Positions 9,102 through 16,917 of a stretch of 64,000 nt of DNA are shown here, piece after piece. A program made the translations under genes and the position numbers. The stretch lies in NCBI GenBank assembly GCA_963512445.1, contig CAUPMS010000004.1, positions 53,123 through 117,122 of the forward strand. The letters are read 5' to 3'. The DNA is from an uncultured Ralstonia sp. GTDB lineage: Bacteria > Pseudomonadota > Gammaproteobacteria > Burkholderiales > Burkholderiaceae. Every line of letters begins with the position of its first letter. Within the stretch, counting starts at the first letter, position 1. The notes under the pieces were generated by a model. The model did no database searches and was not told the DNA's origin. It saw only the letters and a list, made by a program, of their open reading frames with translations.

Positions 9102-11407
9102 ACACAGCCGCCCAAGCCGCTCAAGCCGCCCCAAAGCTGCTGATCCTGGCCGACGATCTGTCGGGCGCCGCCGATTGCGCGGTGGCCGGCGTGCGTGCGG
9201 GACTGCGCAGTGCGGTCACGCTCCGCGCTGATATGGGCCAGCCGATCAGCGCCGACGTGCTCGCGCTGGACACCGACACGCGCCGCGCCAATGCCGTCGA
9301 CGCGGCAGCCAGACAAGTGGCTGCGTGGCACACGCTGGCCAGACCGGCCACACGTCTCTACAAGAAAATCGATTCGACCCTGCGCGGCAACGTGGCTGCG
9401 GAAGTGACGGCGCTCGTGCCGCTGGCCGGTCTGGCCATCGTCGCGCCAGCGTTTCCGGCCGCAGGGCGCACCACCCGCGACGGCCGGCAGTGGCTGCACG
9501 GCGTGGCCGTGGAAGACACCGAGGTCTGGCGCAACGAAAACATCGCGGGCCGCGCCGATCTGCGCGAAATGCTAGTGCACCAAGGTTTGCAGACGGCCGT
9601 GCTGACGCTGGCAGACATCCGCGCCGGTGCCGCTGCGCTGGCGGGCCGCCTGGCCGCGCTGCAAGCCGATGGCGTGCAAGCCGTGGTGTGCGATGCCGAA
9701 ACCGACGCAGACCTGGCGTATATCGCCGATGCCTCGGTACGGCTGGCGCACGCCTTCTGGGTCGGCTCGGCCGGGCTGGCGCCCGCGCTCATTCGCGCGC
9801 TGGGGCTTGGCAGTGCCAACGCCGCCGTCGAAAGCCATGCAGCCAATGCCAGCACCGGGCCTGTGCTGACGGTGGTGGGCAGCATGTCCAGCGTGTCGCA
9901 CACACAGGCCAGCGAATTGAAGGCAGGCGCGGGTGCCGGCTTGTTGGCGCTGGAGCTGCCCGTTGAAGCGCTCGACACACCGCAGGCCGACATTACCCAG
10001 ACCGTGATCGACGCGCTGTCCGAAGGCCGCGATGTGCTGGTCACGCTCAGCCAGAGCACGCGCGGCACCAACGCCGACGGCCTGCACTTCTGCCGCCGTC
10101 TGGCTACGTTGTTGGCGCCTGCCCTGCCGCATGCCGGCGGGCTGATCGCCACCGGCGGCGAGACCGCACGCGCCGTGCTGTCGACCGCCGGTATCGACGC
10201 GCTGCAACTGACCGACGAAATCGAACCCGGCTTGCCGTTGCTGCATGCCCGACTCACTGGTGTCGGCCGTGCGCTGCCGGTCGTCACCAAAGCGGGTGGC
10301 TTTGGCGCACCCGGCTCCCTGCATGCCGCCTGGCAACGGTTGATCAAAACCGCGGCCGGCACCCCACCCAAAGGAACCCACGCAATGACCTATCGTCCTG
10401 TCATCGGCATCACCATGGGCGACGCCGCCGGTGTCGGCCCCGAGATCATCATGAAGGCGCTCACGCACCGCGCGGTGTACGAGCAATGCCGGCCGCTGGT
10501 GATTGGCGACACGGCGCGCCTGCGCGATGCCGCCCAACGCGCCGGTGTGGCGCTGGAAGTGCGCTCGATCGAACGCCCTGCCGACGCCGCCTTCCGCTAC
10601 GGCGTGGTGGACTGCATCGACCTCGGCCTGATCCCCGCCGACCTGCCCTACGGCAAGCTCTCGCCCATTGCGGGGGATGCGGCGTACCAGTACATCGCCC
10701 GCACCGTTGAGCTGACCTCCGCCGGCGAACTCGATGCCATCTGCACCGCGCCGCTGAACAAGGAAGCGCTGCACGCCGGCGGCCACATCTTCCCCGGCCA
10801 CACCGAAATGCTGGCGCACCTGACCGGCATCGACGAGGTGTCGATGATGCTGGTGGCGCCCAACCTGCGCGTGATCCACGTGACAACGCATATCGGCCTG
10901 CTCGATGCCATCCGCCGCATTGAGCCGGGCCTTGTCCAACGCACCATCGAACGCGCGCATGCCACGCTGGTGCGTGCGGGCATCGACAACCCGCGCATCG
11001 GCGTATGCGGTATCAACCCCCATGCAGGTGAAAACGGCCTGTTCGGCCACGGCGAGGAAGAAGAAAAGATCATTCCCGCTGTGCAAGTGCTGCAGGCACG
11101 TGGCTGGCGCGTGGAAGGCCCGCTGCCCGCCGACACGCTGTTCTTCCGCGCCGGCCGTGGCGATTTTGATGTGGTGGTCGCGATGTACCACGACCAGGGC
11201 CACGGCCCCGTCAAGGTCATGGGGCTGGAGGCTGGCGTGAACGTCACCGTCGGCCTGCCGGTGATCCGCACTTCAGTCGACCACGGCACCGCGTTCGACA
11301 TTGCCGGCAAGGGCATCGCCGATGAACGCAGCATGCTCGAAGCCTTCCGCCAGGCCTGCGAGCTGGCAACGCACCGCGACGAACCGGAAGCCGCGCACGC
11401 AGCCTGA
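9098..11407 (+). CDS. Four-carbon acid sugar kinase (DUF1537, DtnK/DenK family) in frame with PdxA2-type 4-phospho-tetronate dehydrogenase
   Basis: GTG 9098 overlaps the Fe-ADH stop. Kinase motifs ADDLSGA, YKKIDSTLRGN, TGGETA and TKAGGFG run with no stop into PdxA motifs GITMGDAAGVGPE, PGHTE, HVTTH, NPHAGE, MYHDQG and RTSVDHGTAFDIAG. Confidence 0.88.
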   Translation: MNTAAQAAQAAPKLLILADDLSGAADCAVAGVRAGLRSAVTLRADMGQPISADVLALDTDTRRANAVDAAARQVAAWHTLARPATRLYKKIDSTLRGNVAAEVTALVPLAGLAIVAPAFPAAGRTTRDGRQWLHGVAVEDTEVWRNENIAGRADLREMLVHQGLQTAVLTLADIRAGAAALAGRLAALQADGVQAVVCDAETDADLAYIADASVRLAHAFWVGSAGLAPALIRALGLGSANAAVESHAANASTGPVLTVVGSMSSVSHTQASELKAGAGAGLLALELPVEALDTPQADITQTVIDALSEGRDVLVTLSQSTRGTNADGLHFCRRLATLLAPALPHAGGLIATGGETARAVLSTAGIDALQLTDEIEPGLPLLHARLTGVGRALPVVTKAGGFGAPGSLHAAWQRLIKTAAGTPPKGTHAMTYRPVIGITMGDAAGVGPEIIMKALTHRAVYEQCRPLVIGDTARLRDAAQRAGVALEVRSIERPADAAFRYGVVDCIDLGLIPADLPYGKLSPIAGDAAYQYIARTVELTSAGELDAICTAPLNKEALHAGGHIFPGHTEMLAHLTGIDEVSMMLVAPNLRVIHVTTHIGLLDAIRRIEPGLVQRTIERAHATLVRAGIDNPRIGVCGINPHAGENGLFGHGEEEEKIIPAVQVLQARGWRVEGPLPADTLFFRAGRGDFDVVVAMYHDQGHGPVKVMGLEAGVNVTVGLPVIRTSVDHGTAFDIAGKGIADERSMLEAFRQACELATHRDEPEAAHAA
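10385..11407 (+). CDS. pdxA2: PdxA2 domain with its own internal start (possible separate translation product)
   Basis: AAGGAA RBS followed by ATG 10385 (MTYRPVIGITMGD), the usual PdxA N-terminus, in frame with the upstream kinase. Confidence 0.6.
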   Translation: MTYRPVIGITMGDAAGVGPEIIMKALTHRAVYEQCRPLVIGDTARLRDAAQRAGVALEVRSIERPADAAFRYGVVDCIDLGLIPADLPYGKLSPIAGDAAYQYIARTVELTSAGELDAICTAPLNKEALHAGGHIFPGHTEMLAHLTGIDEVSMMLVAPNLRVIHVTTHIGLLDAIRRIEPGLVQRTIERAHATLVRAGIDNPRIGVCGINPHAGENGLFGHGEEEEKIIPAVQVLQARGWRVEGPLPADTLFFRAGRGDFDVVVAMYHDQGHGPVKVMGLEAGVNVTVGLPVIRTSVDHGTAFDIAGKGIADERSMLEAFRQACELATHRDEPEAAHAA

Positions 11408-11520
11408 GACTCGCGCACACCCGCAGTACCCAATGATGTAGCGCGCCCCCGCGCAAGGCCTGACCCGACGGAGACACGCCGGGCTGGCCGGAGCAATCCG
11501 CTCAAAATCAGGAGACAAAG

Positions 11521-12951
11521 ATGACCTCGTTTTCGAACTGGGACACCACCATGATCATCGCCATGGTCGTGGTCTATATCGTGGTGACCAGCGTGGCCAG
11601 CATCCGGTTGCGCAGCCGCAATTCCGAGCAGTTCATGGTGGCCGGGCGCTCGATGCCCGCCGTGGTGGTGGCCGTGCTGCTGATGTCGGAATACATCGGC
11701 GCCAAGTCGACGGTGGGCACGTCGCAAGAGGCATTCAGCGTGGGCATTGCCGCATCGTGGTCGGTGATCTCGGCGTCGATCGGCTTTCTGTTCTTCGGCC
11801 TGTTCATGGCCAAGCGGTTGTACGCGTCGGGGGAGTTCACCATTTCGGGCTTCATCGCCAAGAAGTACGGCAACACGGCCAAGCTGGTGGTGTCGGCCAT
11901 CATGATCTATTCGCTGCTGCTGGTGAACGTGGGCAACTACGTGAGCGGCGCGGCGGCCATCTCCACCGTCATGCACATCAACCTGCCAACGGCGGCGGTC
12001 ATTACGGCCATCATCAGCACGATCTACTTTGTGTGGGGCGGGCTCAAGAGCGTGGCCTATCTGACCATCGTGCACAGTGCGGTCAAGGTGGTGGGCATCG
12101 GCATCATCGTCGCGGTGGCGTGGAAGCTCTCGGGCGGCATCATGCCCATGGTGCAGACCATGCCGGAGCACTACTTCACGTGGAAGGGCGCGCTGTCGGG
12201 CGGCACCATCGGTGCGTGGATCATCGGGTCAGCCGGGGCGATCTTCTCGACACAGTTCATCGTGCAGGCCATCTCGTCCACCAAGAGCCCGGAATCTGCA
12301 CGCTCGGCATCGTTGATGGCGGCAGTGCTGTGCGTGCCGATCTCGATTGCGCTGGGCTTCATTGGCGTGGCCGCCAAGTATCTGTTCCCGGGCATCAAAA
12401 GCCTGTACGCGCTGCCGGTGTTCATGCAGCACATGCATCCGCTGCTGGCCGGGGTGGTGACGACGTCGCTGGCGGCGTCGATCTTTGTGAGCGTGTGCAC
12501 CGTAGCGCTGGCGATTGCCTCGCTCATCGTGGCCGACTTCTATGTGCCGCGCTATCACCCCACGCCCGAGCAAGAGCTGCGCGCCACGCGCTGGATTTCG
12601 CTGGCGGTGGGCGTGCTGCCGTTGGTGTTCGTGCTGTTTGTGCCGCAAATTCTGGCGCTGTCGTTCTTCACGCGGGCGCTGCGGCTGTCGGTGTCCGTCG
12701 TGGCACTCATCGGTATCTACCTGCCCTTCTTCAACAGCCGCCGAGGCGTGGTCCTTGGCCTGATCCTGGCAGCGGTAACGACCACCATCTGGTACCTGCT
12801 GGGCAACCCGTTCGGCATCGACAACATGTACATCGCACTCGTCACGCCGGCCCTGGTGCTGGTGGTGGAGAAGCTGTTCTTTCGCGCCGCGGAGCCTGCA
12901 CAGGCCAACGCATCAGTCAGCAGCATCAAACCCAACAGCGCAGCGCATTGA
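11521..12951 (+). CDS. Sodium:solute symporter (SSS) family transporter
   Basis: About 13 TM segments; FMVAGRSMP SSS N-terminal motif; AGGAG RBS. Confidence 0.9.
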   Translation: MTSFSNWDTTMIIAMVVVYIVVTSVASIRLRSRNSEQFMVAGRSMPAVVVAVLLMSEYIGAKSTVGTSQEAFSVGIAASWSVISASIGFLFFGLFMAKRLYASGEFTISGFIAKKYGNTAKLVVSAIMIYSLLLVNVGNYVSGAAAISTVMHINLPTAAVITAIISTIYFVWGGLKSVAYLTIVHSAVKVVGIGIIVAVAWKLSGGIMPMVQTMPEHYFTWKGALSGGTIGAWIIGSAGAIFSTQFIVQAISSTKSPESARSASLMAAVLCVPISIALGFIGVAAKYLFPGIKSLYALPVFMQHMHPLLAGVVTTSLAASIFVSVCTVALAIASLIVADFYVPRYHPTPEQELRATRWISLAVGVLPLVFVLFVPQILALSFFTRALRLSVSVVALIGIYLPFFNSRRGVVLGLILAAVTTTIWYLLGNPFGIDNMYIALVTPALVLVVEKLFFRAAEPAQANASVSSIKPNSAAH

Positions 12952-12986
12952 TCGTCCAGACACCGAGCATTGAGTTGAGACACAAC

Positions 12987-14162
12987 ATGACCGCAACCCT
13001 TCCTGCCTACGCCGTCTTCGATTCCAGCGTGCGCGCCGCCTATACCGACGCCGAACGCCGCGAGGCCTTCCTGCCGACGCCTTGCGTGCAGAACCACGCG
13101 GCCAACCTGCACGCGTTGCCCAACGGCGACCTGCTGTGCGTCTGGTTTGGCGGCACGCAGGAGGGCATTCCTGATGTGTCGATCTATCTGTCGCGGCTGG
13201 CCGCGGACAGTACCGAATGGCAACCCGCGACCAAACTATCGGAAGACCCGACGCGCTCCGAGCAGAACCCGGTGCTGTTCACCACGCCCACCGGCGAGCT
13301 TTGGCTGATCTACACCGCGCAGCTCTCCGGTCACCAGAACACGGCCATCGTGCGCCGGCGCATTTCCACCGACAACGGCCAGAGCTGGGGCCCGATCGAA
13401 ACCCTGTTCGACCAGGCTGGCACCTTCGTGCGCCAGCCCGTTGTCGTGCTGCCCGATGGCGCCTGGGCGTGCCCCGTGTTCCTGTGCCGCACGCAGCCCG
13501 GCGAGCGCTGGGTGGGCAATGACGACATCAGCGCCGTCATGATCTCCGAAGATCAGGGCCGCACGTGGAGCCGCCACGAGGTGCCCGACAGCATCGGCTG
13601 CGTGCACATGAACGTGCAGACGCTGGCCGATGGCAGCCTGCTCGCGCTTTACCGCAGCCGCTGGGCCGACCACGTGTATGCCAGCCGCTCGCAAGACGGC
13701 CGCACCTGGAGCGCGCCGCAACCAACAACGCTGCCCAACAACAATTCGTCGATCCAGTTCGTGACGCTGCGCAACGGCCACTTGGCACTCGTCTACAACG
13801 AGAGCGATGCATCGCACAGCACCGGCCGCCGCACCTCGCTGTACGACGACATTGAGGACGCCGAAGACCACGGCGAGCTGCGCGATCAGCAAGCCTCCAC
13901 GTGCGGCACGGCGTTCTGGGGCGCCCCGCGCGCACCGCTGTCTCTGGCCATCTCGGAAGACGGCGGGCACACCTGGCGCCGCCGCAACATTGAAATTGGC
14001 GACGGCTACTGCATGACCAACAATTCCGCCGACCAACGCAATCGCGAGTACTCGTACCCCTCCATCGTGCAGGGCAACGATGGCGCGCTGCACATCGCCT
14101 TCACCTACTTCCGCCAGCGCATCAAGTACGTGACGGTGGACGAAGCCTGGGTGCGCGGCTAA
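12987..14162 (+). CDS. BNR/Asp-box beta-propeller sialidase-like glycoside hydrolase without signal peptide
   Basis: Asp-boxes STDNGQSW, SEDQGRTW, SQDGRTW and SEDGGHTW; C-terminal EYSYPS. Start taken at ATG 12987. Confidence 0.85.
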   Translation: MTATLPAYAVFDSSVRAAYTDAERREAFLPTPCVQNHAANLHALPNGDLLCVWFGGTQEGIPDVSIYLSRLAADSTEWQPATKLSEDPTRSEQNPVLFTTPTGELWLIYTAQLSGHQNTAIVRRRISTDNGQSWGPIETLFDQAGTFVRQPVVVLPDGAWACPVFLCRTQPGERWVGNDDISAVMISEDQGRTWSRHEVPDSIGCVHMNVQTLADGSLLALYRSRWADHVYASRSQDGRTWSAPQPTTLPNNNSSIQFVTLRNGHLALVYNESDASHSTGRRTSLYDDIEDAEDHGELRDQQASTCGTAFWGAPRAPLSLAISEDGGHTWRRRNIEIGDGYCMTNNSADQRNREYSYPSIVQGNDGALHIAFTYFRQRIKYVTVDEAWVRG

Positions 14163-14243
14163 CCCGAGGCAGGCGACGGGGGCAGCAAGGGACCAATTTG
14201 CTACAGTGAGCCCCCCATCTCCGGTCGGTTGGATATTGCAGAC

Positions 14244-15008
14244 ATGAAAGTCACGAAGCGCCGCGAAGCCATGCTGAAAGCCGTGCTGGGCGGCATGAAC
14301 GATGTCGCCACGCTATGCGAGCACTTCGGCATGTCGGAAGCCACCGTGCGCCGCGACCTGCGCGCGCTCGCTTCCGACCGCCGCATCCTGCGCACGTACG
14401 GCGGCGCGGCGGCAGTCGGCTCGCATGAGCCGGAAGCGCCGCTGGAAGAGCGCCGCACCAGCGCACGCGAGCAAAAAGAAGCCATTGCCCAACTGGCGCA
14501 GGCGCATATCGCTAACGGCGACACTGTCTTCCTCGATGGCGGCACGACCACCGCAGCGCTGGCGCGTCATCTTTCGGCCAAGCAGGTGCACGTTGTCACG
14601 AACAACCTCATGGTGGTGACGTCGCTGGCAGCCAACGGCATCCCCGTCACGCTCATCGGCGGCGACGTGCGCCCATCGAGCATGAGCACGCTCGGGCCGC
14701 TGGCGCAGTTGTCGCTTGGCCGCGTGAGCGTCGACAAGGCGTTCCTGAGCGCCGATGGCGTAGTCGCCACCAACGGCTTGTGCGAGGCCTCGGCCGATCA
14801 GGCGTATCTGAAGGAATGCGTGATCCGCCAAGCCGCGCAGGTGTTCGTGCTGGCCACGGCAGACAAGCTCGGGCGTGCCAGCCAGCAGCACTGGACGCCC
14901 ATCGAACGGCCCTGGACGCTCATCACCGACAACGGCGCGTCGCCCGATCAACTGGAGCCGTTCCACGAGCGCGACGAAGTCGATGTGGAAATCGCCGCGC
15001 TGGAGTAA
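14244..15008 (+). CDS. DeoR/GlpR family transcriptional regulator
   Basis: SEATVRRDL HTH, RTYGGA, FLDGGTTT and VVTNN. Confidence 0.93.
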   Translation: MKVTKRREAMLKAVLGGMNDVATLCEHFGMSEATVRRDLRALASDRRILRTYGGAAAVGSHEPEAPLEERRTSAREQKEAIAQLAQAHIANGDTVFLDGGTTTAALARHLSAKQVHVVTNNLMVVTSLAANGIPVTLIGGDVRPSSMSTLGPLAQLSLGRVSVDKAFLSADGVVATNGLCEASADQAYLKECVIRQAAQVFVLATADKLGRASQQHWTPIERPWTLITDNGASPDQLEPFHERDEVDVEIAALE

Positions 15009-15010
15009 GC

Positions 15011-15718
15011 ATGCCAATCCACACCGCACCGCAACCGGCTACACCTCGCCATGCCTTGGTGACAGGTGCCTCGTCAGGCATCGGCCGCGCCATTGCCGCG
15101 CGCCTGCTGGCCGACGGCTGGCGCGTGACGGGGCTGTGCCGCACCGCACCTGCCGAGCCTGTCGAAGGGCTGGAGATCGCGCACGCGGATGTGACCGATT
15201 TCGAACGCCTGGGCGAGGTGTGCGACAGCCTCGGCACAGTCGATGCGCTAGTGCATGCGGCGGGTTTCATGCGGACCGCGCCGCTGGGCGAACTGTCCGC
15301 CGCCGACGGCGCTGCGATGTGGCGCGTGCATGTGGATGCAGCAGCGTTCCTGGCTGACAAATTAGCGCCGTGCATGCCGGCCGGCGGCCGTATCCTCCTG
15401 ATCGGCAGCCGCACCGCCAACGGCGCGCCCACGCGCAGCCAATACGCTGCCACCAAGGCGGCACTCGTGGGCATGGCTCGCTCGTGGGCAGCGGAACTGG
15501 CGCCGCGCGGCATCACCGTCAACGTGATCGCGCCCGGCGCTACGGACACGCCATTCCTGCGCGACCCCGCGCGCGCGCAAACCCCACCACGCATGCCGCC
15601 CATCGGCCGCTTCATTGCTCCAGAAGAAGTGGCCGCCATGGCCGCCTTTCTGGCAGGCGAATACGGCGGCGCCATCACCGGTCAGCAGATCGTGATATGC
15701 GGCGGCGCTTCGTTGTAA
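15011..15718 (+). CDS. Short-chain dehydrogenase/reductase (SDR)
   Basis: LVTGASSGIG, YAATK catalytic motif, VNVIAPG and ITGQQI. Confidence 0.92.
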   Translation: MPIHTAPQPATPRHALVTGASSGIGRAIAARLLADGWRVTGLCRTAPAEPVEGLEIAHADVTDFERLGEVCDSLGTVDALVHAAGFMRTAPLGELSAADGAAMWRVHVDAAAFLADKLAPCMPAGGRILLIGSRTANGAPTRSQYAATKAALVGMARSWAAELAPRGITVNVIAPGATDTPFLRDPARAQTPPRMPPIGRFIAPEEVAAMAAFLAGEYGGAITGQQIVICGGASL

Positions 15719-15733
15719 GCAGAACGGCGTAGA

Positions 15734-16342
15734 TCAGCGCGCCAGATCGGCGGGCGTATCGACATCGCGCAGGATGCCGGCGTCATCGGTTTCGATGCGG
15801 ATGAGCGTGGCGGGATCAATCAGCCGCCGCGCGCCCTCATCCCCGTCCAGTGCGGTCAGGCCGGCGAAAAAATCGGCGCCGAAGCCGATGGGGTGGCCTC
15901 GCTTCCCCGCATGGAAGGGCGCAACGCAATGGTGTGGGTCGAGTGCGTTAGCGACTTGCGTGATGGTGTCAGGAGCAATCCACGGCATGTCGGCCAGGGC
16001 GATGACCCAGCCACCAGCTTGCGGGCGTGCGGCCACGCCGGCAGCCAGGCTGGCGCCCATGCCAAGTGCGGCACCTGAACATCGCAATACCTCGCAGCCT
16101 GTCTTGGCCAACAGCGCGGCCAACTGGTCGATCTGCGCGCCATGTGTGGCAGCCGCAGGCACCACTGCCACCACATCACCCAACGCCTGCTTCAGGTGCC
16201 GTGCGGCGTGCACCGCCACAGGTGTTCCATCGGGCAGCGGCGCGAGCAGCTTGTTGACCGCGCCCGCTGCATCAAATCGGCTGCCGCGGCCTGCGGCCAG
16301 CAGTACACCAACAACCGCACCAACAACAGGCCGCTGCAGCAT
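15734..16342 (-). CDS. MocA/MobA-like nucleotidyltransferase (molybdenum cofactor cytidylyltransferase-like)
   Basis: LLAAGRGSRF, GMGASL, LADMP, GHP, GDEGAR and DVDTPADL; ATG overlaps the ohr stop (TGATG). Confidence 0.88.
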   Translation of the reverse strand: MLQRPVVGAVVGVLLAAGRGSRFDAAGAVNKLLAPLPDGTPVAVHAARHLKQALGDVVAVVPAAATHGAQIDQLAALLAKTGCEVLRCSGAALGMGASLAAGVAARPQAGGWVIALADMPWIAPDTITQVANALDPHHCVAPFHAGKRGHPIGFGADFFAGLTALDGDEGARRLIDPATLIRIETDDAGILRDVDTPADLAR

Positions 16343-16776
16343 CAGGCCACCTCGGTCTTGAGCGTGACTTCCACGTTGTTGCGCGTGGCGTTCGAGTATG
16401 GGCACACCTGATGTGCCTGGGCCACCAGCTTCTCGGCATCGGCTTGCGACAAACCGCTGATGCGTGCGGTCAAACCCACCTTCAGACCAAAACCGCCTTC
16501 CTCCCGCGTACCGATACCCACATCGCAGTCGATCTCGATATTGCTCGGATTGAGCTTGAGCATGCTCTTGGCGACAAAATCGCACGCCGAGCCGAAGCAG
16601 GCGGCATAACCGGCGGCGAACAGGTCTTCGGGCGTGGTGGTGTTGGGCTTGCCGGGGCCGCCCATGGCTTTCGGGACCGACAGATCGTGCGAGACCTGGC
16701 CGTCTTCGGTTTGCGTGTGGCCGTTGCGGCCGCCTGTGGCCTTGGCGTGGGCGGTGTACAGGATATTCAATGCCAT
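16342..16776 (-). CDS. ohr: Organic hydroperoxide resistance protein Ohr
   Basis: LYTAHAKATGGRNG, TPEDLFAAGYAACF and AHQVCPYSNATRNN, with both catalytic cysteines present. Confidence 0.95.
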   Translation of the reverse strand: MALNILYTAHAKATGGRNGHTQTEDGQVSHDLSVPKAMGGPGKPNTTTPEDLFAAGYAACFGSACDFVAKSMLKLNPSNIEIDCDVGIGTREEGGFGLKVGLTARISGLSQADAEKLVAQAHQVCPYSNATRNNVEVTLKTEVA

Positions 16777-16854
16777 GACATGCTCCTCCGGTGGGTGGAC
16801 AACAGAACAACACAACCGCGGACGCAAGAATCGGTCCGCCGAGAATGGACCAAT

Positions 16855-16891
16855 AAACGAGAAAGCCGGCACACATGACTGCATGCCGGCT
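16855..16891 (-). terminator. Probable intrinsic terminator after the molybdoenzyme large subunit
   Basis: Minus strand: AGCCGGCATGCA-gtca-TGTGTGCCGGCT followed by TTCTCGTTT. Confidence 0.55.
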
Positions 16892-16917
16892 CCCATCACA
16901 TCACGTGCCGATGACAA

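Noticed and set aside
11408..11520. Structured RNA element between pdxA2 and the symporter
   Set aside because: Only short GC stems; no recognisable family or terminator.
11757..12986. 801-aa ORF suggesting a long N-terminal extension of the sialidase-like protein
   Set aside because: The first 410 codons are an alternative frame over the SSS transporter with R/G/H-rich, non-protein-like composition. The recognisable protein starts at ATG 12987.
16343..16876. 380-aa version of the MocA-like ORF (apparent fusion over ohr)
   Set aside because: The extension is an off-frame reading of ohr. The transferase motif starts after ATG 16342.
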